Shown here: piece by piece, positions 38,765 through 57,490 of the stretch
Layout: every line of letters begins with the position of its first letter
Numbering within the stretch: the stretch's first letter is position 1
From: the human T2T-CHM13v2.0 reference genome, Homo sapiens
Direction: 5' to 3' (one strand)
NCBI RefSeq assembly: GCF_009914755.1
Contig: NC_060942.1
Length of the DNA stretch: 64,000 nucleotides
Notes under the pieces: generated by a model
Told to the model about the DNA's origin: nothing
The model's input: the letters and a program-made list of their open reading frames with translations, nothing else
The model's database searches: none
Program-made: the position numbers and the translations under genes

Positions 38765-39964
38765 TGATTTCTTCCTCCAGAATTCCCTATCTTTATGAAT
38801 TACACTACTAAACACCTTGTCATCCACATAAAATAACTGGTAATCAACCTACACTCCTGACCTCCAGTTTTCCAAATCTGGTTGCTTACTAGGTCTTAGA
38901 AGTGAGTTGCAAAATTGCAAAATTCAAACAACTGTCAAGAATATAGAGTGGAAGGGAAATACAGAGAATTGGGCCTGACACTTTATGTCGGTTGATTCTT
39001 CCAGGCATTTGCTGATTCTTGAACTGACAGGGCAAAGGGCCAAGAAATCTATTCAAAGAATGCTGGAAGGTTAAATGAAACTCAGCTGACTCATGCTAGG
39101 GAATAAAAATTAGAGTATAAATTGCGCCAAGTAGGTGGTGTCCTTGTGAACACCCCACATTCTCAATGTAAACATTATATGGCTACACCCCAAGAGAGGA
39201 TAAAACCTGACCAAGTCTTAAAAAGACTGAATGCAATGTCAAGTAAGGTCAACCTTTTAGTGAACTAAGTTATCTTGCCCTAATCTGGCTGCCAGCTAGA
39301 AAAGAGGAAAGGGTGAATCCTCTCTGGAGGATGGCTATCCAGATTCTACAATTTTTCATGCACAGTATGTTCAATCAAAAATTACCAAAACCATTAGAAT
39401 CAGAAACATCAATATGAATTCATACATTTTATGCACACACAGGTGGATTACGCAGAAACAATTATAGAACATACCTCTATACATATGTTATGCATACATA
39501 CACTACCTAGCTCTTTGAGAGGATCTAGAAGAAATGACACCCAAGCATCAATGAGCATAACTAGATCTTGGTTTCTAAATAGCATTCTCCAAATAAAAGG
39601 AACCAGGGCTCCTTTGAGAAATGACTGGTTGTAGGGCTAGGGCAGGGAAAACTCAAGATGAGCCTAGAGCATCTTGTAGTACAGAAAGTAGGTAAGAGTT
39701 CAAAAAACAAAAGGATAGGGGCATGTCAAAGGAACATAGGAGACAAACTGAAGGAGTTCCCAAGGCCAAATAAGCATACATGCATCCATACTGATAACAT
39801 AGGTATGGGAGAAGAGACAACTCTTCCTTATGGAAAAATTCCAAATTATATATTTAGATTCCTCCTCCAGAGGAAGCTGGAACTGTTGACCTACTTCCAA
39901 AGAATAGAGTATGGAAAAGGAAAAACTAACTACAGTGGAGAAATCTGACAAAAACTATCATAAG

Positions 39965-40150
39965 GCAGGGCTTGTCAACCTTAGCACTATTGACATTTTG
40001 GGGCACATAATTTTTTGCTGTGGGGAGCCGTCCTGTGGACTTATTGGACATTTGATACTATCCTTGGCCTCTATCCACCAGATACCAGTGGCAACCCTCC
40101 CCCAGTTACGACAGTCAGCCAAAAATGTCTCCAGCCACTGCCAAATGTCA
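39965..40150. mobile_element. MER20 fragment
   Basis: CAACCTTAGCACTATTGACATTTTGGG...AAAAATGTCTCCAG..ACTGCCAAATGTC. Confidence 0.85.
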
Positions 40151-40309
40151 CCTGACGGGCTTCTCACCTGCCTAAGATGCACCACCTAAAGGGTAACATC
40201 ACCAGTGAGTGATGTTATGTGAATATTATGTACCACTTGGTATGATGTTACAAGAAAGTCACTTCAAATTGTAGTATTCTTTTTAAAAACCTATAATCCC
40301 CAAACTAAC

Positions 40310-43720
<3,411 letters not shown>

Positions 43721-44635
43721 AAATATCCTGTCCTGTAAAACAATTTTAGGAAGAAATGAAGAGGCATGGAAAGAGTAAATCTGAAGGTAAGTGTAAATGA
43801 ATATTGACTGCAAGATAATAATCCCTAAAATCAGAACATTCTCAAGGAAGTAGTAAAAGTATCAATTTATAATGGATTCTAATAAAAACCAAGGAGGCAT
43901 GTTATAATCTCTAGGGTAAAACAGGAGTATATCTAGCAACTTAATAGAAGGTAAAATGCATTAATTAAAAGTATTGATTAAAAGAACGCAACAAAAATAG
44001 AAAAAAAACAGAACAGGGAAGACAAATAGAAACACGGTAGATATAAACCCAAATACATCCGTAATTATATTACATGTAAGTGAACTAAATGACAAATATT
44101 CTCCACTAGAAACTTTTTTAAAAAATTAATTATATGCCACTTACACAGGACACACAATAACTATAAGGACTCAGGAAATTTAACATTAAGAGTATGGAAA
44201 AAGATACAATATTCAAACACTGAAGAGAGCTCTTAAATAGCTTTACTAATATCAGACAAGAAGTAGACCTTAAGGCAAAAATATTATTAGAGATAAAGTA
44301 GAACATTCTATTGATTAAAGAGTCAATTTGGCAAAAATATAAATATTCTTAAAGTATATACATCTAATAATGAGACAGAGTAGGGATGGGACTCAGCCTA
44401 CCCCCACCAATGTATTTTTTCATAACATACTTGCTGAATGGAGGTTAGTGAGCTCTCTGAAAAAAACTAAGATAAGCAGCATCCCACCATAAATCTCACT
44501 CAAAGGAGTTAACCCTGTTGCCCTGATGTGCACAAGACCAGAAGAATGATCTTTAACACATGCTTCATTATAATACTAAATTTCCCACATATCTGCCATT
44601 TTGTTTCGTTGAGGTGGTGTTGTTTTTAGGAGGGG

Positions 44636-44943
44636 GTGTTGTTTGTTTGTTTGTTTGTTTTGAGACAGGATGTCACTCAGTCACCCAGGCTAGAGGGCAG
44701 TGACATGATCACAGCTTATTGCAGCCTTGACCTTCTGGGCTTGAGTGATCCTTCCACCTTAGCCTCCCAAGTAGCTGGGACTACAGGTGCACACCACCAT
44801 GCCCTCCCTAATTTTTTTATTTTTGTAGAGACGGGGTCTCACCATGTTGCCCAGGCTGGTCTCAAACTCCTGGGCTTAAGTGATCCTCCCATCTCACCCT
44901 CCCAAACTGCTGGGATTACAGGTGTGAGCCACCGCACTCGGCT
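44636..44943 (-). mobile_element. AluJ in the 5' LTR
   Basis: Antisense Alu flanked by TSD TATCTGCCATTTTG. Confidence 0.92.
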
Positions 44944-47900
44944 TATCTGCCATTTTGATCATGTGACATGTATGTTACCATGATTCCTTACTGCATCTGC
45001 CCACTCTGCATTCCATCCTGCACATGTAGTGATGCTCACCTACCTCATGAATTATGCATGTCATCCTCGTTAAGACACCGTGATGCAGTCTCCTCAGGGA
45101 CTCAGCCAGAGAACCCTTTTTCCTGTGCTGTTTCCCTTATGCCCAACATTTCTGGGCATAAATCTTAATAAAACTTAATCTCAGAAAAGTTTGTCTGGCC
45201 TGATATTAATTTCTATTACATTGAGAGCTGAAAATGTCATACCAATAACATATTTCTTGGCAACCATGAAGGGGTTGTGAGGATTTTTGTACTTATTCTG
45301 GGGGGTTGAGAGCTAGCAGGACTGGTTGATGTGACCCCTTTTTGCAGCTAATGAGGAGGTACCTGAACTTTTGATTCAGCGTCACCACAAATGGTAAGTC
45401 TTCCTCTGGCCTCACGGGGCTCCTTGCTCACCCATAAACAATGTTCTCTTTTCCTTTCTATCTTCATTTGCTCCTTTCAGCACTCCTTTTGTTTTTTCTT
45501 CACTTTCCCCATAGTTTTACTATTTTGGATTGCCTTAATAGACATCTGTGAGAGATGAATTAAAACAGTTTCCCCCAGGGTCTGATTAACCTGGCAGGCA
45601 GCAGGACAGGTTGCATCCCTCCCTTGGCCTACATGGTCTGGTTTGGGTTTCAGTCCCGAAGAATCAGGCAGACTGGTTTGGGCTGGAGTCCCAAAGAATC
45701 TGGTTTCTGGCACTCTGGCTGTTGACTCTGTAACTTTGTTTAAAAGCCCTCTCTACTTCATTTCCCTGTGCCACACTTAGTGGGGAGGAGAGATCTGTGA
45801 CTCTTCCTGATGTTTGTCTGTCCAGTGTGTAGTCCTGTCAGTTTGGGGAGACTGCCTGAGATGGTGCCGGGGACACCTGGCTGGACTTAAGGAAAGCATC
45901 AGGGATGCCTGGATGTGACAGTCAGTGTTGGTTTTCTGCACAGTAAGAAAAGTTGAGAGCTCAAATGATTAACCTGCAACTATGGAGTTAAGTTGAGTCT
46001 TCTAATACTATCTTCCTCTCTTCTGCCTGCTTTGAATCTGTTGCTACTAAGCTGTTGGTGCTGAGGTAAGACTCATTATTTATGGTCTAACTGAAATATA
46101 AACATTGGAAACTCATTTGAAACTGAAGGAAACAACGGGTAAAAGAGGTTTTTTAAAACAAACTGTCATAGAGACTGCTTTACCCAAATTTTGGTCCACA
46201 ACTTTCCTTAGATTATCTATTGGGGTAAACAAAATTTAGCCATGTGAACAGGTTCCAATTTTGTACAAAAAAAAAAAAAAATCATTTGGCTCCATCTATC
46301 TTTTATGATGTGTTGACTTTGTATTGCTATCATATATGGATAGAATTCTGAGGTAAGAGCTATCGGATCTTTATGTGTATATATACGTGTTTAGATGTGT
46401 TTATGTGTGTATACATGCATTATGTTAAGTGTTGTGTCTAGCATGCTCCTAAATTGGCTTATAAGTAAATGAATACTCATAAATTAAGTCCAATGCTGTT
46501 TTAGTTTATATGACTTTAGCAATCTTTGACAAATAAAGATCATTTTAAAGATTATTGGCAAAATAAAAACATCTTCAAAATTCATACCTTTGGCCTCAAT
46601 TAGGCAGGTTAAAAGACTGTGCTTGCTAGATGCTATAACATCATAAACTGATACTGTAATTTTTGATAACTGTTCAACTTGCCTGCTTGGAAGCCATTAG
46701 ATTCTAGGCAAGGCCCGGGGACATGTGGAGTTAGCCATGCCCCTCACTATGATGGAAAAGAGTCAGATATTATCTTCAGTTCCTGTGTCCTAGGCTCTGC
46801 ACCTGGTACATAATTAAAATTGCTTACACTAAAAATAAAAGTGATGTGTTTTTTTTATAAAAAGGCATGGGGATGTGGTTTATTAAAGAGAAAGTAATTT
46901 TTTCCAGTTTAGAGGGTTTAAAAATTATTTTGAATTAAAGATAGGATAAAACTAAAGGTTTAAATGAATTGTAAAAGATTTATAAAAGACTACTCTTGTA
47001 AAAAAAATTACATGTGGGAGCAAGTTGAGTTACAATTAAAAGGGTATTATTTACTTTTTCCACAAATTAAACATTAAAATAAAAGCACATGATGCAAAGC
47101 CAAAATGTGGGCCCATGTGTCAAAATAAAAAGGGTTTCTTGGAACGTTAAGTTGCTCTAACCAAAAATTGTAGAGTTATTTATGGGCATCTTACCTTGTG
47201 GTCAAACTAAGTAAAATTAGATAGATTTGTTTATAAGATTTTATTTAAAATTAACCTTAATGCTAATAATGCATTAATACAAAGGTAGAATTTGGTTTTC
47301 TCTTTTAAACAAGATTTTTCTGTAATAATTAAAAGGATAATAAAAGATTTCAAAAGGAGACAGATTCAGTTGGCCTTATGATGTCTTCACCAGATCTTAT
47401 TGTCTGGAAAACCAAGTCTCTACCAAAGAATAAAAGTTTTGCTTTTAAAATATCTTTAAATTATTATTATTTGGCTAAATAAATGGCTTATAGTGACCTG
47501 GGATTCTATTTTGTGATATCAAGTGTTTTAAACATTTGCTATCGACAAATTTTCCAAGATCAATTTCTAAATTAAATCTGTTTTTTTGGTCCTAATTAAC
47601 TTTTTAACTATTAGGTCCCCTGAAGTCCAAAAAAGACATATTGAGCTTAGTTGGTATATTAAGATCATATAGAAAACACTGTCAAATATAAAATGGTGTT
47701 TAAATTTCTTTGGGTCATAATCATATAAATGTTATTAATTTGTATTCCAAAATTGTATTTTTGGAACAAAATACAATTTTTTTCCTAATTCTCATTCTGA
47801 TTTGTCTATAATTCTGATTTGTCTCAGTATTTGTTATCAGTAATAATTATGGTTATGTGAAATTACTGTGTGCCACAGAGATGGCTAGATTTCCTTGTTA

Positions 47901-48183
47901 ATTGTGGCTTTAACTGTGACTGTCCTAAGACTTTTGTCATCCATGGATAATTGTTGTCTTGATCCTTTTCAAAAGGTGGCTTATAATCAGCTATAAAACT
48001 CTCATGGGTGCCCTTGAATGAAGGTTTCTGATAACTTTAGTGGTTGTGCCATTGAAATAGAAAAAAAAAAAAAAAACTTCCAGGACTTGCATAGAGAGCC
48101 AATGTGTTCATGCGGACTATTGGCCCAATATTGGGCAGAACAAGAGTTAATTGCATGGACTTACCTAGTAGAAGACTGAAATA

Positions 48184-48507
<324 letters not shown>

Positions 48508-49179
48508 TTATTTAAAACATTGCTGATCCTTCTAAGTTTTTCAGAATCAAGAAAACTTTTTTCTCTGTTAAGCTATTTATACCTTTTAACAACTGAGTAA
48601 AGTAGACTTCTGTAAGCAAAATTTGGGGCATTATTTCTTTCTGTCTAGTTAACTTCTCCAGAATTTGAAAATTATTTGTGAGTATTCCTAACTTGCAGCA
48701 ATATAGTTGTTTGCCTAAGTGCAATAAGAATCTGTCTTCTTTTGTAACAGGCATAATTAGAGACACTTTTTGTTTTAAGGCTTTGACTGGAATAGCATGC
48801 TTTCAGATTGCTTTTAAAAATTGGGGATTACTTAGAGAACCAATAAAAGCTCCTTGGAGGAAATGGTCTCATACTTTGTCTATGCAGTCCCTGCACAGGG
48901 TTCCTGACCTGTGGAAAAGAATGTCACTTTCTGACAGGTCCAGGAGCCCCCAAACTATTATAAGACTTGTAGAGGAAAGGAGTTCACCCAATTCATACAA
49001 GTATTTGTAGGCGCAAATACATCCACAGTGGGGCTCAAGGCTTTAAAAAGTCTAACCAGAGATTCCTATGGAAGTTTCAGCAAAACCAGTTTTTTTTAAA
49101 AAAAGGATACTACATGGCAAATGATTATTCTTGCTGTACTTTATGCAAATAATCACAGCAAGTATAATAAGATAAAACA

Positions 49180-49473
49180 GCCAGACATGGTGGCTCACAC
49201 CTATAATTCTAGCACTTTGGGAGGCCAAGGCAGGTGGATCACCCGAGGCCAGGATTTCGAGACCAGCCTGGCCAACATGGAAAAAAAAACCTTTTCTCTA
49301 CTAAAAATACAAAAATTAGCTGGGCATGGTGATGCACATCTGCAATCCCAGATACTCGGGAGGCTGAGGCACGAGAATCACTTGAACCCAGGAGGCAGTG
49401 GTTGCAGTGAGCTGAGAGTGCACACTGCACTCCAGCCTGAGTGACAGAGCAAGCTTCTGTCTCAAAAAAAAAA
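49180..49473 (+). mobile_element. AluS in ERV internal region
   Basis: Dimeric Alu with A tail. Confidence 0.9.
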
Positions 49474-50911
49474 GACTAAAACTTACCGCAAGATAAGTTT
49501 TAGTCTTGTTATACCATATTCCAGCATGATTTATCTTTGGTAAAACTGGGAGACTGGACAGGAAGATTACGTTTTGTTTAAAAAGAAAATGTATAGTGCA
49601 CCAGTTATTGGATTCCAGTTCTTGTCTGTTGTTTTTGAGTTTTTATTATTTTCTACAATTTGGATTGGCTCTTCAATTCTTTCTGGGCTCCAAACCAACA
49701 TTTTCAAAATTTTCTTCTATTTTTCAGACTAGGACTCAATGAAATTGCTGCCCCCATGTTCCTGAGGCTCTGCAAGCTGAAGCTTATTTCTCATGATATA
49801 GGCAAGAAAAATGTGTCAGGTTGCCACCACCTTCCTCCCTGGTAACTAAAGATATTTTGAGTCTAACATCTAGATACATTGTGTCCAACATTAACCTTTG
49901 TTTTTCTTCTGTTTCCATAGAAATGCCTCTTATTAAAAACCTGTTTGCCTTCATTAATATAGAGGCTCAGCCTGTTTGCAATGCCACCTCCTGGAATGAG
50001 ACACAGTTGTTTAAACTAATCTATTCTCAGGACTAGGAAGCTGACTCAACAAGGGTGTGGATGGTTGAAGCTCGTATCTTCCAGGCTTCAACAGTCCCCA
50101 GTCAAGCTGATGATGGAACAACATATACTATACTAGGAGTATCTAAGTCCCTATAAATCATTAGATCAGTCAGCAAGAGATTTTTACAACCTCCAATGTT
50201 AGGCAACGACAACAGTCCAGTTCAGGAAGAAGCAGCTCCAGAAGACAAGACCTCCATCCCCTTCTCCTTAAGAATAAGGAGGGTAAAATCTCTCAGGGGG
50301 AATGAAACAGGGTAGAGGTGGGACTCAGCCAGCCCCCACCAATGTATTTTTTCATACATACCTGCTGACCAGACCTTGCAAACTCTCTGAAGAAACTAAG
50401 ATAAGCAGCATCCCACCATAAATCTTACTCAAGGCACCATATCTGCTGATTGTGGGACCTTGAAAAACCACAATAAGCAACACCCAAACATGAATTTCAC
50501 TCAAAGGAGTTAACCCTATCACCTACATGTGCACAAAACCAGAAGAATGACCAATCTTTGACCCATGCTTCATTATAATACTAAAATTCCTGCCCAAGGA
50601 GGGGCTTATCTGCCCTTTTATGGTCATATATGTTACCAAGATTCCTTACTGTATCTGCACACTGCATTCTACCCTGCACATATAGTGACACTCACCTACC
50701 TCATGAATTCTGCATGCCACCCTCCTTAAGACATCACGATGCACTCCCCTTGGGGAGTCAGCCCAAGAACTTTTTCCTTTTCTCTCTTCCTTATGCCCAG
50801 CCTTTCTGGGGGTAAGTCTTAATAACCCTTGTCTAGGAAAAGTTTGCCTGGCCTCATCTTCATTTCTATTACTAATTTCTATTGAGAGCCAAGAACCTCA
50901 TGTACATAACA

Positions 50912-52360
<1,449 letters not shown>

Positions 52361-52829
52361 CATCTGTGGATTATGCTCTTTAGAAAGGAAGATTTCCTCC
52401 CTCAAACAAGACCAGAAGGAGCCTGGTTTTCCCTAGAATTCTCCTCACATCTCCCCAGGACACCCTCCAGGCCTTTGTCAGGTAGTTACTGCTGAGCCTT
52501 TCATCATCATTTAAAGGAATCTCTTTCCAACAGTTAGCATTCACTTCTCTGGCAGACTGAATCTAACTAACTATCTACAATATGACAAAATATACATTTA
52601 TCACTTACATTACACTCCTCTACACAAGGTGCTTGTTATTTGTAAAGATCGTTTTCATTTAATTTCTTTTGGTCTGTTTACTCAATAATATAACTAATTA
52701 CACAGGACCAGTCAAAATTCCAGACTGCCAGTTGGTCTAGGGGGCTGGCTCCACAGGAAGCTCCAAAGCAATGAGAACATTCCTTCCCAGTAAGCCATGC
52801 TATAGGGAAATAAGTGGCTATATAAACCA

Positions 52830-53041
52830 TGAGTTAGCAAACTATTTTAGGAAGGCCAGATAGCCACTTGTTTTTGCAAATAAAAAGTTTTCATGGAACA
52901 TAGTCATGCCCATGTTATCTAAGGCTGCTTTCTGCTATGATGGCAGAGTTAAATACTTGGAACAGAAACTCTATGGTCCTCAAAGCTGAACATATTTACT
53001 ATCATGTCCTTCAGAGAAAATGTTTGCTGACCCCTGATCTA
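52830..53041. mobile_element. MER58A
   Basis: TTAGCAAACT...AAATAAAAAGTTTT.ATGGAACA.AG.CATGCCCA...GTTTGCTGACCCCTG. Confidence 0.85.
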
Positions 53042-55099
53042 AATGAGAATTTTCTTCCTTTTAAAATGTTTTACTGATTTCCTGCCGATTATAAATTTAC
53101 TGATAGCTTATTGTAAAAAAAAAAAAAAAGAAAAAATAACATGTAAGAGAATAAAGATAAAAGTCACTTATTGCCAGAAGCCTACTTAGCAAATTGTATG
53201 TATAATGGTAAACTAATTTTTTTCCTATTGTTATGTCATATTTTACATGTCCATAACATAGTTCTATAACATCATTTAAAATTATGTCTATAATGGGTGG
53301 ATGTTAGTAATTCCTTTCTTGATATTCCTCCTTCCCCCTCCCTGACCCAAGCTTTCTCAGTAGCCACACCTGCCCTGATTTTCCTTTAAGTAATTCGCTC
53401 TTTTCCTGAGACATTAAGTTTTGTTAACTTTGAATTTTGACAATTTCAAAATTATATAAAAATTGAAAGAATAATACAGAGAATTCCTGTATATCCTTTA
53501 CCCAGAGTCCTCGAATGTTAACATTTTACCATATTTACTTTATAATCCTCCATCCTACCAACTCTATCTAATCTACTTACCTATCTAGACATATATCTAT
53601 ATATAACACATCTAGACATACTACTATACCTATTACTGTTACATATACCTATCTAGGCATATTTTATATATATGCAATATGTACATATATACATTATATG
53701 TATATATATATTTAATTTTGGAGGGGAGAAAATGTATACAAATTTATTTAACATGTATACACGGGGAGAATCACAGAATGATTGCCCCACATATGTAGAA
53801 TATTTGTCTGAATTATTTAAGAGTAAGTTGCAGACACTATGCCCCTTTGACATTTATGTAGAGTAAAATGGGAGAGCATTTCGAGCAGAGGAGTGACATG
53901 GTCTGACTTATATGATCTAGGGGCTGTGTTGAGAACTGAGTAACATAGGGCAAGCAGAGAAGCAGGGAGGCTATTAGCCTGAGCAACTGGAAGGACAAAA
54001 TTACCGTTTTCTAAGAGGAGGAAGACTAAAGGAGGACACGTTTGGGGAAGAAATTTGCTTCTGGGTATATTAGGTTTATTATGCCTAATCAGTCATGGTA
54101 CCAAAGCCAATTTATAAGGCTCCTTATGTTTTCAGGGCCAGAATTTTCTGCTCTTACAATGCTGATGATTGTCTAAGATTGCACCATCCACCCTGGAGGT
54201 TGCTGACTCCCATTTGATTGCTGGCCTGCCACTCATCCTGTGCTGTTTTCTTGGAGCCTGACCTCCTCAGTGATTGCTGCTGGAGAGACTGAATGGTGCA
54301 ACCTGGAAGTGCGGTGTAGCTGATGCTCTGTGGTGGAAACTGACCAGATGGAGAGAGGAGTCTGCAGAGAAGTCTTCTCTTTCTTCCTCACCCCATAGTA
54401 AGGTAAGATGCAGTACTTTAGTTCACATGGCTTGTGCCCTGAAAATGATCAGTGAGACTAAGCAAACAGCTGTGCCTTTAGAAGCTACAGACAGCTCAAT
54501 AACACCTACTCATATTTGCTTTCTCTCCTCTGCTTCACTTCTCATTTACCTTCAGTCATGCTTTTCTTGAATTGCATCACCCTAATATTGTCTTAGTAAT
54601 AAGGTTTTGTCTTAGGCCCTATTTTCTCAGGAATCCAGACTAAGACAGGTTTCATAGTGGAGATGTTTATTAGGCAAAGGGATACATGAGTCTGAAGTTC
54701 AGAGAAGAGGTCTCTGGGCTGGGGATATAGATTTTGGATTTGTAGATAGTATTTAACAAGATAAGACCATGAAATCAACTAGGAAGTGGATATAGCTAGA
54801 AAAGAAAAGAGAGCTGAACACTGAGCCCTCAGGCACTCCAATATGTAGAAAGAAGTCCAGAGAGGTGAGGAAATACCAGCATTGAGACTGAGAAGAAACA
54901 GCTCATGAGGTAGAGAGAAATCAAGAGTGTTGTTCTGGAAGCCAAACTAAAATATGTCAATTATACAAAATACTATTCATTGGTAAGCAATGTAAGTCTG
55001 AGAAATGAGAATTGGAATCATCAACACTGAGGTTATCAAACTTGGCTAGAACTCTATGTTGAGAAAAATTGTATAATATATAATAATGTCACACCTCTC

Positions 55100-57031
55100 A
55101 CTCCTGATATAATTTGTATCTTCTTTTTCTCCTGATCAGTTTGGCTAGAAGTTTATCAATTTTACTATTATTTTTACAAGATACTTTTGGTTTAAATTGA
55201 GTATAGAAATTCATTTTTTGCTCGTTTTTCCGTTTCCTATTTTATTGATTTCAAATCTAATCTTTATTTCTTTTCCTCTCTTTATCTTGGGTTTACTTTA
55301 TTCTTATTCTATCTTATTAAGTTGGAAGCTGAGGTAATTGAGAAATTTTTTCTACTATAATTGCTTTATTGCTATGAATTTCCCTCTAAGTAATACTTTG
55401 ACTGTATCTCATAGATGATGATGAAGTTAATGATGATGATAATAATTTTAATATATATTTTTTGAAGAACTGTTTTAGGTTCACAGCAAAATGGAGCAGA
55501 AGGTACAGAGATTTCCCATATACGCCCTACCCCGACACATGCATAGCCTCCTCCATTGTCAACATCCCCCACCAGAGTGGTATATTTGTTACAACTGATG
55601 AACCTACGTTAACACTACATTATCACCCCAAATCCATAATTTACATTAGGGTTCACTTTTGGTGGTGTACACTACAAGGGTTTGGACAAATTTATAATGA
55701 CATATATCTACTATTATAATATATACAGTAGTTTTACTGTCCTAAAAATTCTCTGTGCTTTGTGTATTCATTTGTATTCATCCTCTCTCCCCTCTACCAA
55801 CCCCTGCAACCACTGATCTTTCGAATGTCTCCAGAGTTTTGATTTTCCAGAATGTTATATAATTGGAATCATACAGTATGTAACCCTTTCATACTGGCTT
55901 CTTTCACTTAATAATATGCATTTACATTTCCTCTGTTTTTTCATGGCTTGATAGCCCATTTATTTTTAGCACTGAATAATATCCCACTGTCTAGATATTC
56001 CATAGTTTATTTATCCATTCACCTACCAAAGGACGTTTTGGTAGTAAATGTAAATCTAATCTTTATTTCAAATCTAATCTTTATTTCTTTTCCTCTCTTT
56101 ATCTTGGGTTTACTTTATTCTTTATTCTTATTCTATCTTATTAAGATAGATAATTCTGGCCCAGAATGTGGCCTATCTTGGTGAATATTCCATGTGAACT
56201 TGAGAATAATGTGTATTCTGCCATGTTAGATGAAATGGTATATAGATGTTCATTATATCCAGTTATTGGATATAACTGGATATAAGTATCTTGTTGAGTT
56301 CAACTATGTCCTTACCTGCTGGATCTGTTCATGTCTGATATAGGGGCATTGAAGTCTGCAAGTGTGACTTCATGGTGGATTCATCTATTGCTCTTTGCAT
56401 TGTCATCAGTTTTTGCCTCATGTATTTTGACAATGTTGTCAGGCACATACATGTTAAGAATTGTTATGTCTTCTAGGAGAATTAATCCCTCTATCATTTT
56501 GTAATACTCTTGGTTGTCCCTGATACCATTCCTTGTTTTGAAGTCTGCATTGTCTGAAATTGATATAGATGCTTCCACTTTCTTTTGATTAACATTAGTA
56601 TGGCACAGCTCTCTCCATCCATTTACTTTTAATCTATTTTTGTTTTTATATTTAAGGTGGGTTGCATTGCTTGTAGACAATATATACTTGGGTATTGTTT
56701 TTGATCGACTCTGACAATCTCTTCCAATTGATGCGTTTAGACCATTGATATTTCAAAGTGATTATTGACATACTTGAACTACCATCATATTCGTTACTGT
56801 TTTCTATTTGTTGTCCTTGTTTTTTGTTACTATTTTTGTCTTCCACTCTTTCTATGCCTCTTGTGATTTTTCTTTTTTTAAAAAAATGTGGTCTTACTAT
56901 GTTGCCTGGCTGGTCTCAAACTCCTTGGTTTAAGTGATCCTCCTGCCTCAGCCGCCTGAGTAGCTGGGCCGATAGGCATGGGCCACTGCACCTGGCTCAT
57001 GGGTCTTGTGATTTTAATTGAGCATTTTATA
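55100..57031 (-). mobile_element. Composite antisense L1M fragments (L1MC/MD-type 3' end at ~55460-56040) and FLAM (56875-56997)
   Basis: TTTTAGGTTCACAGCAAAATGGAGCAGAAGGTACAGAGATTTCCCATAT. Minus-strand ORF 56381-56680 is L1 endonuclease-like (RLKVNGW...ISDNADFK...ITILNMYVPDN). Confidence 0.85.
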
Positions 57032-57309
57032 TGATCCGCCCGCCTCGGCCTCCCAAAGTGCTGGGATTACAGGTGTGAGCCGCTGGTATTACAGGTGTGA
57101 GCCAATGCGCCCGGCCAGGTGTTGGGTATTTAAAAAATACACACACATACACACGTTCGTGTCCGATACAGGGACATTGTATTCTTGAACTTTCTTCTGG
57201 GATGTGTTTAAGTTTTATCTTCTCAGGTCTTGCTTTTAAGTTTTAAGCAGTGTTTAGGGTTTATTTTTCTCCACAAAGTAGGCAAGAACCTTCCCTAGTA
57301 CTCTAACCA

Positions 57310-57490
57310 GGAGTTTTTTCAAACCTCAGCACTACTGCCATTTGGGGCTAATTCATTATTATAAATTGTAGGATACTTAGTAGCATTTCTGGTCTCTACC
57401 CACTAAATGCCAGTAGTGCCCATCTCCTCTGGTTGTGACAACCAAAAATGTCTCCTGGGGGACAGAATTGCCTTTGAGAATCACTGCTCT
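57310..57490. mobile_element. MER20 fragment
   Basis: CTCTACCCACTAAATGCCAGTAG...GTTGTGACAACCAAAAATGTCTCC...TTGAGAATCACTG. Confidence 0.8.

Noticed and set aside
54274-54570. 98-aa ORF with an internal AAG|GTAAGA donor-like motif
   Set aside because: TTG start, lies among degraded L2/LTR-like sequence, no recognisable domain.
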